Of a stretch of DNA of 33,221 bases, positions 1 through 10,123 are shown piece after piece; position 1 is the first letter of the stretch; each line of letters opens with the position of its first letter. The notes under the pieces were generated by a model. It searched no databases. It saw nothing but the letters and a program-made list of their open reading frames with translations, and had not been told where the DNA came from. The stretch comes from an uncultured Gammaproteobacteria bacterium (GTDB lineage Bacteria > Patescibacteriota > Microgenomatia > UBA12405 > JAHJSD01). A program made the translations under genes and the position numbers. The stretch spans positions 68,251-101,471 of the forward strand of contig CAYRYE010000002.1 of the NCBI GenBank assembly GCA_964428655.1. The letters run 5' to 3'.

Positions 1-61
1 TCTTTTCATTATCGCTTTTCTCATTTAAGCATTTTAAAAAAACGCTTGTCAAGGGGGAGTT

Positions 62-667
62 TTAAGAAAAAACTATTAATCTTAGAAACACCAAGCCTCC
101 TCTTGCTAAACAAAGCAAATCCTTCCAAAAATTTCTATTTTTCACATATTCCAAGTCTGATTCCATCCATTTTTCAAAAGAAACCTGATGATAGCCAACA
201 AAAATCCAGGGAGAAATTATTCCTGGTAAAACTTGGCGGCGATATTTTTGATATTCTACAGCGATTTTACTCTCTTCTTTAGAGGGCAACGGCCGTGGTC
301 CCACAAAGGCCATTTCTCCTCTCAAAATATTCCAAAGTTGAGGTAATTCGTCTATTCCCCTCTCAGATAAAAATTTGCCTAGCTTGGTAAACCTAGGATC
401 ATTTTTAATCTTAAAGACCGGGCCACCAGCTTCGTTTAAATAACAATATCGCTCCTTCTCCCTTTCTGCGTCCTTAATCATAGTCCGAAACTTCCAAATC
501 CTAAAAAATTTCCCATCCTTCCCTACCCTTTGCTGTCCAAAGATTATTGGCCAACCATCATCTAGCCAAATAACAACTCCAATAAAAATGAAAACTGGCG
601 AAAGGGCCGCTAGCCCAATCAAGGCTAACCACTGCCAAAACAACTTTTCCAATTTTGCTCCATCCAT
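62..667 (-). CDS. Polyprenyl-phosphate sugar-1-phosphate transferase (bacterial sugar transferase family; initiating enzyme of a glycan pathway)
   Basis: 201-aa ORF with one N-terminal TM helix. It then carries the family-typical string GQQRVGKDGKFFRIWKFRTM...GPVFKIKNDPRFT...DELPQLWNILRGEMAFVGPRP. Confidence 0.85.
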   Translation of the reverse strand: MDGAKLEKLFWQWLALIGLAALSPVFIFIGVVIWLDDGWPIIFGQQRVGKDGKFFRIWKFRTMIKDAEREKERYCYLNEAGGPVFKIKNDPRFTKLGKFLSERGIDELPQLWNILRGEMAFVGPRPLPSKEESKIAVEYQKYRRQVLPGIISPWIFVGYHQVSFEKWMESDLEYVKNRNFWKDLLCLARGGLVFLRLIVFS

Positions 668-690
668 ATATAATAGTATTACTTAATTAA

Positions 691-2460
691 ATGAAAAATA
701 ATTCGTTATTCATATTAACAATCATTTTTCTCTTTGTCATTCTTGAGGGCGGCAACAATTGGCTAGGTTTACCAATGCTGCTTTTTTCAAACATAATTCT
801 CCTAATAAAAGTTAAAAAAGTCTCCCTACCAAATACTAGAATCATTAAAACCTATCTTTTCTGGCTAGTCATTGCCACCATCACTCTCTTATACTCCTGG
901 GACAAAGAAAGCACAATCGTTGCCCTTATTTGGGAATGGGCAATTTTTATCTCCTTTCTTATCCTCTATCAATTTAAGGCTTCGCCTAAAAAAATTCAAA
1001 AGATTTTGACTTCCTTCTCTATTTTCTCCATTCTTATCTCTCTTGTTTGGACTGTTTTCCCTAAACTTTTACCAAAAATAATTGCTTTTGAAAACCCGCT
1101 TACTTTTATCATGGGCCAGAATCATCTTGCTGATTTACTAATCTATCCCACTTTATTCTTAATAATCTCCAGCAGCCACTTTTGGCTTTCATCTTTATTC
1201 TTGTTTGCCATTCTCCTTTCAATGTCAAGATCCGTTTGGCTCTCACTGGCCATTACTATTATTACTTTCACCAAAAAGAAAATATTAAAAACAGTCGGCA
1301 TCGCTCTTCTTATTTTGTCGATATCGTTTTCTTTCGCTACTGCCAAATTCCCCCAAATTTCTAAACTAACTCTAAAAGATCCTTTTGGATCGCGTCAATA
1401 TTACTGGAAACAGGCCGCCTCGGGAATTATTTATCACCCCTTTGGAATTGGGTTGGGGAATTTTGGTTATATCTCTCAAAAATACACCTCTTCCCCATCT
1501 GTCGTCTCGGTTTACTCTCATAATTTTTTCTTAGAAAAGTTTGCTGAAACCGGCGTCATCGGTGGAACAACTTTCCTGTTTTTAATAATCATCATTCTTC
1601 TTTCCTCCCGAAAATCGCAATACTTTCCCCTTCTTTTTGCCGCCGCTATCAACGCTGGCCTAGGCTTTTCTTGGAACTTTCCCGCTTATAGGCTTTTATT
1701 CCTATATTTTGCCGCTCAATCAATTCCCAGGAAAACAAAAAAACAAAAAACCACCTTAATATATAAGAGTAGTTTTTACAATGGGCTTGTTCTAATTCTC
1801 TTGATTTTTTGGACAGCTATTTCTTACTGGCTTATTCTCCAACCAAAATCAGCAGATCAAAAGAGACCCATTGAGGAAAAAATTCGCCTCTCTCCCAAAA
1901 ACCCAGGTTTATATCTTCAAATACCCAAAAGTGATCAACAATTAAGACGGAATTTGTTCCAACAATATTTTGAACTTACCCAAGATTTTGATTTTTCTCA
2001 AACTAACTCCTACTTCCGCCGCAAAGCCAGTAATCTCTTTTTAGAGGCCGCTGAACTAGAAATAGAAAATCAAAACTATCAAAAAGCATTTCAGTATACG
2101 GAAGCAATATTTCGAAGCTGGCCTTGGGAAAGAGATTGGTTCACTGAAATCGGTCAAATACTTCCCAATGACCTTGGAGTAAAAAGACAATACGCTGAAG
2201 TATTCATGGATAAAAATTATCAGAATCTCAATAACGATAGAATTTTCATTGGCAAATTATTTTTTGAACTTTGGAGAAAAACAAAAGAAAAAGAGTACCT
2301 TCTTAGACTAACAAAAATTGATCCCTTTGCGGCCGAATACTATCACGAAATCCTAAATCACTATCCAAACGACAGCGATGAATTCAAAAAAACACTTTCC
2401 AAATGTCTAGAAATTTTTCCTAGCGAACCCTATTGCAATGAACTTAAACAAAAAATATAG
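691..2460 (+). CDS. O-antigen ligase/polymerase-like (Wzy_C-type) polytopic membrane protein with a ~200-aa C-terminal helical-repeat (TPR-like) extension
   Basis: 589-aa ORF with many hydrophobic segments. SMSRSVWLSLAIT and HNFFLEKFAETGVIGG motifs are typical of O-antigen-ligase-like proteins. The soluble C-terminus is rich in aromatic and charged helical repeats. Confidence 0.7.
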   Translation: MKNNSLFILTIIFLFVILEGGNNWLGLPMLLFSNIILLIKVKKVSLPNTRIIKTYLFWLVIATITLLYSWDKESTIVALIWEWAIFISFLILYQFKASPKKIQKILTSFSIFSILISLVWTVFPKLLPKIIAFENPLTFIMGQNHLADLLIYPTLFLIISSSHFWLSSLFLFAILLSMSRSVWLSLAITIITFTKKKILKTVGIALLILSISFSFATAKFPQISKLTLKDPFGSRQYYWKQAASGIIYHPFGIGLGNFGYISQKYTSSPSVVSVYSHNFFLEKFAETGVIGGTTFLFLIIIILLSSRKSQYFPLLFAAAINAGLGFSWNFPAYRLLFLYFAAQSIPRKTKKQKTTLIYKSSFYNGLVLILLIFWTAISYWLILQPKSADQKRPIEEKIRLSPKNPGLYLQIPKSDQQLRRNLFQQYFELTQDFDFSQTNSYFRRKASNLFLEAAELEIENQNYQKAFQYTEAIFRSWPWERDWFTEIGQILPNDLGVKRQYAEVFMDKNYQNLNNDRIFIGKLFFELWRKTKEKEYLLRLTKIDPFAAEYYHEILNHYPNDSDEFKKTLSKCLEIFPSEPYCNELKQKI

Positions 2461-3205
2461 TTTTTTTTCTCTATTGGGAACTAAAATAGCTGCGATAACT
2501 CCAAAGGAGGTCGTTAATTTTATTGAAAAAACAATTAGGACAAAGAGGCAAAGATTAATCTTCACCATTAATCTTGATCATCTTCAAAAAATGTCAAAAG
2601 ATAAAGCGTTCAAAAAAATATATTGCCAAGTTGATTTAGTTGTGGCCGACGGAATGCCAATTGTCTGGCTCTCACGAATTTTCAGCCCAATACCACTTCC
2701 CGCTCGGATTAACGGCACCAATTTGGTAGAAAAGATTTTAATGAAATCAAAAGCAAGTAATTTTAGAATCTTCCTCTTTGGTGCAAAAAAACAAATATTA
2801 GAAAAATTAAGGCAAAAATATACCCAGGCCAAAATCGTTGGCACTATCTCTCCCCCCTCTAATACGCCACCCAATCGCTGGCCAAATGGTCAATTTTGTC
2901 AACAAATCAGAAAAAGCAAAACTAATATTCTCTTGGTTGCCTTGGGTCCTCCAAAACAGGAAAAATGGCTGGTTAATAATTTTGACAAAACAGGAGCAAA
3001 TATTGGCATTGGTGTCGGTTCTGCTTTTGACCTTCTTGCCGGAATTAAAAAACGAGCGCCAAAGTGGATGCAAAACACAGGGCTAGAATGGCTTTTTCGC
3101 CTAATTCAAGAACCAAGACGATTAGGCCCGCGCTATTCCCGCCAAATATTGTTTATTCCTGCTCTTCTGGTAAAATTATTTCATGAAGGTTGCTCTGATT
3201 CATGA
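2438..3205 (+). CDS. WecB/TagA/CpsF-family glycosyltransferase (GT26)
   Basis: 255-aa ORF with VVADGMPIVWLSR, LFGAKK, LVALGPPKQEKW and LEWLFRLIQEPRR motifs characteristic of the family. It overlaps the upstream gene by 23 nt. Confidence 0.85.
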   Translation: MNLNKKYSFFSLLGTKIAAITPKEVVNFIEKTIRTKRQRLIFTINLDHLQKMSKDKAFKKIYCQVDLVVADGMPIVWLSRIFSPIPLPARINGTNLVEKILMKSKASNFRIFLFGAKKQILEKLRQKYTQAKIVGTISPPSNTPPNRWPNGQFCQQIRKSKTNILLVALGPPKQEKWLVNNFDKTGANIGIGVGSAFDLLAGIKKRAPKWMQNTGLEWLFRLIQEPRRLGPRYSRQILFIPALLVKLFHEGCSDS

Positions 3206-4325
3206 TTATCTAACTACTTTCGGCGGCGGTGAACAAGTGTTACTGGCATTAGCAAAAATGTTCCCTAAAGCGCCGATTTACACTGCCGTCGCTGATAAAA
3301 AATTTATAAACAAAATTCCTGAGTTAAAAGAGCGCAAAATCATCACCTCATGGTTTAATTATCTACCCTGCGCCGGCCGACTGCTTTCTCCCTTGAGATT
3401 CTTAATTCCTTTTATTTGGGAAGGCTTTGATTTTTCCAAATTCGATTTAGTTATTATCTCTTCTGCAGCCATGAACCCCCGAGGCATCCTGACTAAACCA
3501 GGAACAAAGACTATTGCTTATATTCATACCCCGCCGCGAAATCTCTATGGATACGAGACTGGTTCACTTTGGAAAAAGTACAAATTAATCCGTGTTTACG
3601 GTCGGTTCATCAACCATTTTTTGAGATTCTATGACTTTTATACCGCTCAAAAACCAGATATTTTAATCGCCAATTCTGAAACAACTTCCGCCAGAATTAA
3701 AAAATTTTGGCGGCGAGAAGCGAAAATTGTCCACCCTCCAGTAAAACTGCCAAATTTTTCCCTGAAAACGATCACTCCGCCAAACTCTGTTTTGCCAAAA
3801 AGATTTAGAAAAAAAAGATTTTACTTAAGTGTTTCTCGTCTTCAATACTCAAAAAGAGTTGATCTAATTATTAAAACCTTCAATAAGTTGAAAAAACCTT
3901 TGATTATTGTCGGTAGTGGTGAAGAGTTAAAAAGAGGTTTAAAGGGACTCAGCGCCAACTCAAACACTTTTTTCACAGGCTTCATTGCTAATAAATACTT
4001 ACCCTGGTTTTACCAACATGCTAAAGCTTTTATATTTGCCGCAAAAGACGAAGATTTTGGCATTGTTCCTGTGGAGGCCCAGGCTTATGGATTACCGGTA
4101 ATCGCCCATTTTTCCGGCGGCCCTCGGGAAACAATCACTGAGGGTAAAACCGGAACTTTCTTTAAACTCCATACTACTAAGTCACTTATTAAGGCCATTG
4201 AAAAATTGGATAAACTTCTAAAAGAGGGTAAAATCAAACCAGAATTTTGCCGCCAAAATGCCCAAAAATTTTCTGAAAAAAGGTTTACCCAAAAAATAAG
4301 GCAATTAATCAAAAATTTAGTATAA
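3183..4325 (+). CDS. GT4-family (GT-B fold) glycosyltransferase
   Basis: 380-aa ORF. N-terminus is MKVALIHDYLTTFGGGEQV. The C-terminal EDFGIVPVEAQAYGLPVIAHFSGGPRETITEGKTG matches the EX7E-type GT4 motif. Confidence 0.85.
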   Translation: MKVALIHDYLTTFGGGEQVLLALAKMFPKAPIYTAVADKKFINKIPELKERKIITSWFNYLPCAGRLLSPLRFLIPFIWEGFDFSKFDLVIISSAAMNPRGILTKPGTKTIAYIHTPPRNLYGYETGSLWKKYKLIRVYGRFINHFLRFYDFYTAQKPDILIANSETTSARIKKFWRREAKIVHPPVKLPNFSLKTITPPNSVLPKRFRKKRFYLSVSRLQYSKRVDLIIKTFNKLKKPLIIVGSGEELKRGLKGLSANSNTFFTGFIANKYLPWFYQHAKAFIFAAKDEDFGIVPVEAQAYGLPVIAHFSGGPRETITEGKTGTFFKLHTTKSLIKAIEKLDKLLKEGKIKPEFCRQNAQKFSEKRFTQKIRQLIKNLV

Positions 4326-4329
4326 AAAG

Positions 4330-5136
4330 ATGAAATTGAAAAAACTGACATTAGTCGTTCTATTGTTTTTAACGGGGCTGACTACTTTATTAACAATAAA
4401 AAAACTTTTAATTGCAGAGCAAAAATGGATTGAAATTCAAACGCTGTCCATGGCTGGAAGCTGGTGGTGGCAGTCACCGGCGCCGCCAATCTGGCTGTCT
4501 TCTCCACTAAAACTTGGCAGCCAGGAATTAAATTTCGCTGGAAAACCAATCGCAAAAATTCTTAAAATCGAGTCGTGGTCTGTACCCAGTGATAACTCTT
4601 CTTCCCTGCGTGATTATGCCGCCGCTAAATATCTTATCACCGCTAAAATCAGAGTTTCACAAAGCCCTGGCTCAGGAAAAATTTGGTTTAAAGACAACCC
4701 TGTTGCCGTTGGCCAACCGATTGTTTTGGAAATCAACAACACTCTAATCAACGGCAACATCACCTGGATTGAAAACCAATCAAAAGCAATAATAAAGAAG
4801 GCCAATGTCGAAATGATTCTCTATCACCGTTATCCTTGGGAGGCAAAACTAATTCAAAATAATCCCCCACTTTTAATAGGTGGCAAGGAAATATTTAAAA
4901 TCAATTCCGTGGCAACTTCATATTCGCCGCTGGAATGGCTTGAAAAGGGGCGATTAGTCTACCAAAAAGAATTAGTAGATATCAATGTCAAAGCAATAAT
5001 TGAAACGGAGATTATCAACAACGAGCCTGTTTTCTTAAAAGAGCAAACAATTAAAACCGGCAAAACTTTATTCGTACCTCTTAAAAATTATGAACTCGAC
5101 GGGGCTAAAATCAAAAAGATTGAATGGCTGGACTAA
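4330..5136 (+). CDS. Hypothetical membrane-anchored (N-terminal TM) extracytoplasmic protein
   Basis: 268-aa ORF packed tightly between neighbours. It has one N-terminal hydrophobic helix and a beta-rich-looking remainder. I do not recognise a family. Confidence 0.5.
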   Translation: MKLKKLTLVVLLFLTGLTTLLTIKKLLIAEQKWIEIQTLSMAGSWWWQSPAPPIWLSSPLKLGSQELNFAGKPIAKILKIESWSVPSDNSSSLRDYAAAKYLITAKIRVSQSPGSGKIWFKDNPVAVGQPIVLEINNTLINGNITWIENQSKAIIKKANVEMILYHRYPWEAKLIQNNPPLLIGGKEIFKINSVATSYSPLEWLEKGRLVYQKELVDINVKAIIETEIINNEPVFLKEQTIKTGKTLFVPLKNYELDGAKIKKIEWLD

Positions 5137-6343
5137 CCATCTCGGAATTTTAATTCTGATCATTTTCCTCCTCCCGCCAATCAAACTCCCATTCCTTGAC
5201 AAAACAACTTATGGGTTAGCAAAAGGCCTAATTTTAATTTTTATTTTATTGAAAAAACCTTTATCGCTTCTGTCTCGTCCATTCAAGCCTTTTCAAATCA
5301 CCCTCCTTTTCTATTTTCTCATCATAAACTTTTCTATTCTTCTATCACCGATGAACTCACTCCCGTTTAAGACATATTCTACTTTCGCTCTTTTTTCACT
5401 TCTCTTCTTTTTCCCACCCAAAATCACAAAAAACATAATTAAGAAAATAAGTCTTGGTGTCACTGTTTTCTTTATCTCAATAGCTTTAATCCAAAAATTT
5501 ACCCCTTCCCTGGCAAAAATTCTTGCCAATTTCTTTCTGCAAAAAAGTGACTATCGACTAACTTTCTTCAACTTAGCCCGCAGCCGCACCTATCCTCTTG
5601 GTTACCCTGAATTTTTTCTTCCTTGGCTTTTTTATTTTTACTCAAAAGCAAAAGGAGGGAAAGAAAAAACTATTTTTTTATCTCTTATTGGCGGCCTTTT
5701 TCTATTTGTTGTCTTTTCCGGTTTCCGCTGGAGGTTTCTAACTTTTTTCCTGGCATTAACTACTTATCTCTTTTTCAGTTTCAAAAAAAACATAAAAACA
5801 AAAATGGCCCTCGTCCTGCTCCCGCTAGCACTACTTTTGATTACAACAGGCTTACAAATCCCTTTATACCAGCGATTGCTTTTTAAAACTCAAGAAAGTA
5901 AAAATACTGCTCTCTCCCGAATAGAAATGGCCCGCAAATCAATCTATCTTTGGCGTGAATCTCCCATTCTGGGTGTTGGCTTCGGCAACTGGAATAAATT
6001 GGCGCCGCTACCTTTTGACTATGCCGGCCTACCTCTCTTCTATCAAGGATTTGAAACTTACTCAGAAACAATTTGGGAAATTAAAGAAGGTTGGAAAAAT
6101 GCCCACAACTGGTTTTTTGCCATGCTGGCGGAAACAGGAATTGTTGGCCTTGGGGCAACTTTGTTATTAGCTGGCTATATCTTTAAAACAGCCGTCAAAA
6201 ACATCTACCACCCCGCCAGCCAATCTCTCCTTCTTTTTTTATTCGCCACTCTCTTTGAAAACACCCACCTGGCAATCTCGGCACTAACATTTTTAATTCT
6301 AAACATGAACGTTCCCAAAACTAAACTACTTGATAAACAGTAA
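5090..6343 (+). CDS. O-antigen ligase/polymerase-like polytopic membrane protein (second paralogue)
   Basis: 417-aa ORF that is highly hydrophobic. SPILGVGFGNW and NAHNWFFAMLAETGIVG motifs parallel those of ORF 691-2460. Confidence 0.65.
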   Translation: MNSTGLKSKRLNGWTNHLGILILIIFLLPPIKLPFLDKTTYGLAKGLILIFILLKKPLSLLSRPFKPFQITLLFYFLIINFSILLSPMNSLPFKTYSTFALFSLLFFFPPKITKNIIKKISLGVTVFFISIALIQKFTPSLAKILANFFLQKSDYRLTFFNLARSRTYPLGYPEFFLPWLFYFYSKAKGGKEKTIFLSLIGGLFLFVVFSGFRWRFLTFFLALTTYLFFSFKKNIKTKMALVLLPLALLLITTGLQIPLYQRLLFKTQESKNTALSRIEMARKSIYLWRESPILGVGFGNWNKLAPLPFDYAGLPLFYQGFETYSETIWEIKEGWKNAHNWFFAMLAETGIVGLGATLLLAGYIFKTAVKNIYHPASQSLLLFLFATLFENTHLAISALTFLILNMNVPKTKLLDKQ

Positions 6344-8090
6344 TTAAATCATCCTTATAGAAAATTTCAAATTCACCTTTAAAAAAATCTAATAGCTCAT
6401 ACAATAGTTGTTCTAATTCATTCTCAATAAAAAATTCGTTATGAATTACTAAATAATCAATGTTCAGGCCCAACAAGCTGGTTTGAAATGTTTTTATGTT
6501 TGTTTCCCTAATAAAATCATCAAAGTTAAAGTCTATTGGCTTTTCTAAATTCAATTTTGAATATAACTCATCTTGAAATTTAATCAATCCATCCAAAAAA
6601 TCATCTTTTTTGTACAACTCAACCTGTTTTCTCGGCAAACGGCTGAGGAATCCTCCCAAGATGGGTTTCTGGTGAATAGTTTGATAGTAAACCGACCTTC
6701 CGGGATCTCTCCAAAAGGCCAACGGAATATCTAAAATAACTATTTCGCGCTTATCTTCCCTTAGACTTTTGTAAAATTGAGATATCCTTCTTCGCTCAAT
6801 TAAAATTGGCGCTGAGAATAAATCTACCAAACCAACCAAAAAAATCACCCCATATAATAAAAGTCTCCTATTATTGCTTGAGTTTTTTTCTGGCAGTAAA
6901 TCTTTAATCTCAAATACTAAAACTAGAGAAAAGAAGAGTATCACCAAAACAGTAAGCCTACCTGAGACCCTAAAATCACGAAGAAATGGGATCAATGAAA
7001 GTAAATAATAAGGCATCTTGGCTCCTGTTGCCCAACCCATTACACTAAGCTCGTCGCCAAGAGACAAAACTAACGAAAAGATGCCGGCAAAAAAGGCAAA
7101 TTTTTGCCACCGAGAAACAAAACGTCTTTTCCTTAAAATCCTTAACAGGAAGAACACTGGGATAATTCCCAAATAGACAATTCCCTCTGTAAATCCAGCG
7201 CTAAAACCACAAGTAATATTTGTAGATAAATTTACTCTCTTAAACAATCTTCTCCAAAATGTTCCCACACAATGAGGGATGAAAAACGAGGCCAAGTCTG
7301 TGGTATAACGATCTCCTCCCAATAAATAGAATTCATTGCCAAGATAAGTGCTGTAGAGTGTAACCATAATTGGCAATAAGACAACCCCCAAAATAGCCCC
7401 TGACAAAAAAAGATGGGAAAGAAAATCGCCAATCTTTTTTTTCTCTTTCAGATGAAAAGCAACGAAAAAAAGAACTAAAAGAATACCGCAGAAAAGATAA
7501 AAATAATCGGTTAAAAGCAAACCTATTAGTACCAACCCCAAAAAGAAGGCTTTTTTAATATTAGGTTTTTGCCAAAGCTTTATCAAAAGTAGTAGTAAAA
7601 GAGGAAAAAATTCTATTGAAGTAAAATTATAGTGTCCGCGCAAATGAGCGAAAACGTACGGAGAAAAAGCATAACTCATTCCGGCCATAAAAGAAGCAAA
7701 TTTGTGCTTCGTTAATTCATAAGCCAGAAGAAACATAAAAAAAGCAGATAAAATAAAAGAGCCAAAAATCAAAATATTATTAGCAATAATCAAGCCAAAA
7801 ATTAGCTGAAGAGGAATCGAAACAAAATTCCTCAAAGGAGTAAAGGTGTTATAAAGTAGGCTAGTTCCCCAAGGATAATAAATGTAATTAGAAAAGAATG
7901 GATTCGTTTTTAAATCTAACAAGGCAAACTTTGTCCACCATAAATTCCAAAGATATTGAATTGCGTCTCCTCCGTCACTAGGGAAGGCCGTTCTGAAATT
8001 AAGAATTAAAGGAAAAGTGAAAATTATTGTTAAACCCAAATAAGCTAAAATCAACCAAAGCCAAATCTTTTTCAAGTTGCCTTTATGCAT
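6321..8090 (-). CDS. Large polytopic membrane protein, putative GT-C-like glycosyltransferase, with a C-terminal soluble domain
   Basis: 589-aa ORF with ~12 hydrophobic segments. The first loop reads FPSDGGDAIQYLWNLWW...YYPWGTS. The acidic first loop and overall topology resemble GT-C enzymes. The family is not identified. Confidence 0.5.
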   Translation of the reverse strand: MHKGNLKKIWLWLILAYLGLTIIFTFPLILNFRTAFPSDGGDAIQYLWNLWWTKFALLDLKTNPFFSNYIYYPWGTSLLYNTFTPLRNFVSIPLQLIFGLIIANNILIFGSFILSAFFMFLLAYELTKHKFASFMAGMSYAFSPYVFAHLRGHYNFTSIEFFPLLLLLLIKLWQKPNIKKAFFLGLVLIGLLLTDYFYLFCGILLVLFFVAFHLKEKKKIGDFLSHLFLSGAILGVVLLPIMVTLYSTYLGNEFYLLGGDRYTTDLASFFIPHCVGTFWRRLFKRVNLSTNITCGFSAGFTEGIVYLGIIPVFFLLRILRKRRFVSRWQKFAFFAGIFSLVLSLGDELSVMGWATGAKMPYYLLSLIPFLRDFRVSGRLTVLVILFFSLVLVFEIKDLLPEKNSSNNRRLLLYGVIFLVGLVDLFSAPILIERRRISQFYKSLREDKREIVILDIPLAFWRDPGRSVYYQTIHQKPILGGFLSRLPRKQVELYKKDDFLDGLIKFQDELYSKLNLEKPIDFNFDDFIRETNIKTFQTSLLGLNIDYLVIHNEFFIENELEQLLYELLDFFKGEFEIFYKDDLITVYQVV

Positions 8091-8110
8091 CCTTTTAATA
8101 TAATTAAACC

Positions 8111-8845
8111 ATGATAAGAAGTAAATTTTCTATCATCATCCCCGTTTATAATGAAGAAGAAATTCTCGAAAAACAAACTGCCTTATTGTCCAAAGAGCTT
8201 AGGCACCGCTTTCCCTCCCATAATTATCAATGGGAAATTATTCTTGTTGAAAATGGGAGCAAAGACAACTCAAAAAAAATAACTAAAAAGCTTAAAACAA
8301 AACATCATTTCATTAAAAGTATTCATTTACCACATCCCAGTTATGGCAAAGCTTTAAAAGCTGGTCTTCAAAAAGCAAAATATCCTCTAGCAGTCATTTT
8401 TAACCTTGACTTCTTTGACACTAAATTTTTAAAAAAATCTTTAAAACTTCTAAATAACTGTGATATTATTGTTGGCTCAAAAACGCTTCCTCAGTCAGAA
8501 GACAAAAGATCAATTGTCCGCTCGCTAGGCACCTACCTTTTTAATGTTCTCCTTCGAATAATTTTCAACTATTCCGGAACAGATACTCATGGAATAAAAG
8601 TTTTAAAACTAAAACCAATATTACCGATGCTACCAAAGATAATTGCTAAAAAAGAATTGTTTGACACCGAACTCTTACTGCGTGCTTATCGTAAAGGGTT
8701 AATTATCACTGAATTACCTGTAAATGTAGCCGAAATTAGGCCATCGCGATATAATAACTTCAAAAGAGTCTGGAATACATTTGTTGATGGCTGCTTAATA
8801 TTTAGAAAAAAATATCTCAATGGATTCAATGATCACCGCCGATGA
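8111..8845 (+). CDS. GT2-family glycosyltransferase (polyprenyl-phosphate sugar synthase-like)
   Basis: 244-aa ORF starting with FSIIIPVYNEEE and followed by ILVENGSKDNS (DxD-like region). This is the typical GT-A/GT2 N-terminus. Confidence 0.85.
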   Translation: MIRSKFSIIIPVYNEEEILEKQTALLSKELRHRFPSHNYQWEIILVENGSKDNSKKITKKLKTKHHFIKSIHLPHPSYGKALKAGLQKAKYPLAVIFNLDFFDTKFLKKSLKLLNNCDIIVGSKTLPQSEDKRSIVRSLGTYLFNVLLRIIFNYSGTDTHGIKVLKLKPILPMLPKIIAKKELFDTELLLRAYRKGLIITELPVNVAEIRPSRYNNFKRVWNTFVDGCLIFRKKYLNGFNDHRR

Positions 8846-9458
8846 TTTCGGCTTGAATTCTCGAACTAATAAAGAAATTGTAAATTTATTTCTAAAGAAA
8901 AAAATTCATCGTGCTTCCTTGCTAACTAATCTTCCACACAGCAAAGAAGCTGCAATATTAGCTAAAAAATACAATGTCCCTACTGGACTCCACTTTAATC
9001 TTATTGAAGGCAAACCTTCATCTCTAAAATCAAAAGTAAAAAGCTTAACCAATTCAAAAGGATTTTTTTACCCCACTCCAATTTTCCTTTTGAGATTATT
9101 ATTTAACAAAATCAAAGATAAAGAAATTAAAAAAGAATTTTTAAGTCAAATAAATTTTTTAAGAAAACATAATTTAGAGCCAGAATTTGTTAACTCTCAC
9201 CAAAACATTCACTTATTCCCACCGGTTTATAAAGTCATTAAAACCTGCGAGCCATTATTGCCGCTAAGACCATTCCAGGTTATCACCAAGAGATTCTTAA
9301 AATTTCCTTTTAAATTAGTGTTTATTAAATTCATTTCTAAATTAGTTAACCTTTACTCAGAAAATAATGAAAAAGGGGAAATAATTATCCATCCGGGGAC
9401 TGATTATGACTTTAGCTTTTTAGAAAAGATTTTAGGCTTAACGACTATTAAAAAATGA
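8820..9458 (+). CDS. YdjC/ChbG-like carbohydrate deacetylase family protein (short form)
   Basis: 212-aa ORF. The N-terminal ITADDFGLNSRTNKEI with GLHFNL and HQNIH matches YdjC-family motifs. Its 3' end overlaps the convergent methyltransferase gene by 55 nt. Confidence 0.65.
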   Translation: MDSMITADDFGLNSRTNKEIVNLFLKKKIHRASLLTNLPHSKEAAILAKKYNVPTGLHFNLIEGKPSSLKSKVKSLTNSKGFFYPTPIFLLRLLFNKIKDKEIKKEFLSQINFLRKHNLEPEFVNSHQNIHLFPPVYKVIKTCEPLLPLRPFQVITKRFLKFPFKLVFIKFISKLVNLYSENNEKGEIIIHPGTDYDFSFLEKILGLTTIKK

Positions 9459-10123
9459 GGGTAGGGCAAAATACTAAAAACTCTTTTGCTTTTCAAAACA
9501 CAAAAACCCGCTTTCTTAAGCATATTTTCATATTCTTCCGCTGAGGCAAAGAAAGTTTTTTTATAACGAGAAAAAGTCAAACCAAAAAAGCTCTGCATTG
9601 CTTTTTCCTGAAATTTTAACCACCAATAGCTTAATCCCCTCTTCACGCCATTAACCTTGATTATTAACCTAGAAGAATCTTTGTGTTTCAACAGCTTATA
9701 AGCTTGCTTTAAAAGAAGCAATTTCTCATTACCAGGTAAAAGATAAAGAACATCAATTATCGTTATGGTATCAAAAAAATGAGAAAACTGTTTCACAAAT
9801 TTAGAACCAACAGTATCACTGATAATTCTCAATTTATTGCTTGCAATCCAAGTGGTCTTGCTTTTATCAGGATCAAGAGAGAAAACTTCGCATTCTGGAT
9901 ATTTAGATGAAATATTTAAACCAAAAATTCCATGACCCCCACCCAGGTCTAATAGTTTACCTTTTTGAGGAACTGCGCCTTCTACATCAGCAAAAGGACA
10001 TGACAAAAAACGGAGCCAAACAAATAACTTAGTTTTCCATCCGATTCTATTCTTAGCCAAAATCGCAAAACTGCTTTTTATAAACCGATTATTTCTCTGC
10101 CAAGACTTAAACATAATAAACAT
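9404..10123 (-). CDS. Class I SAM-dependent methyltransferase
   Basis: 239-aa ORF. KLLDLGGGHGIFG is motif I (GxGxG) and ITIIDVLYLL is a motif-II-like segment. An alternative ATG lies at 10114. Confidence 0.75.
   Translation of the reverse strand: MFIMFKSWQRNNRFIKSSFAILAKNRIGWKTKLFVWLRFLSCPFADVEGAVPQKGKLLDLGGGHGIFGLNISSKYPECEVFSLDPDKSKTTWIASNKLRIISDTVGSKFVKQFSHFFDTITIIDVLYLLPGNEKLLLLKQAYKLLKHKDSSRLIIKVNGVKRGLSYWWLKFQEKAMQSFFGLTFSRYKKTFFASAEEYENMLKKAGFCVLKSKRVFSILPYPHFLIVVKPKIFSKKLKS

Noticed and set aside
3203-3205. Alternative genetic code (UGA read as sense, as in some CPR-related lineages).
   Set aside because: TGA terminates ORFs at sensible lengths, for example the GT26 gene at 3203-3205 with the next gene already started. 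No recognisable protein is broken by in-frame TGA, so standard code 11 fits.
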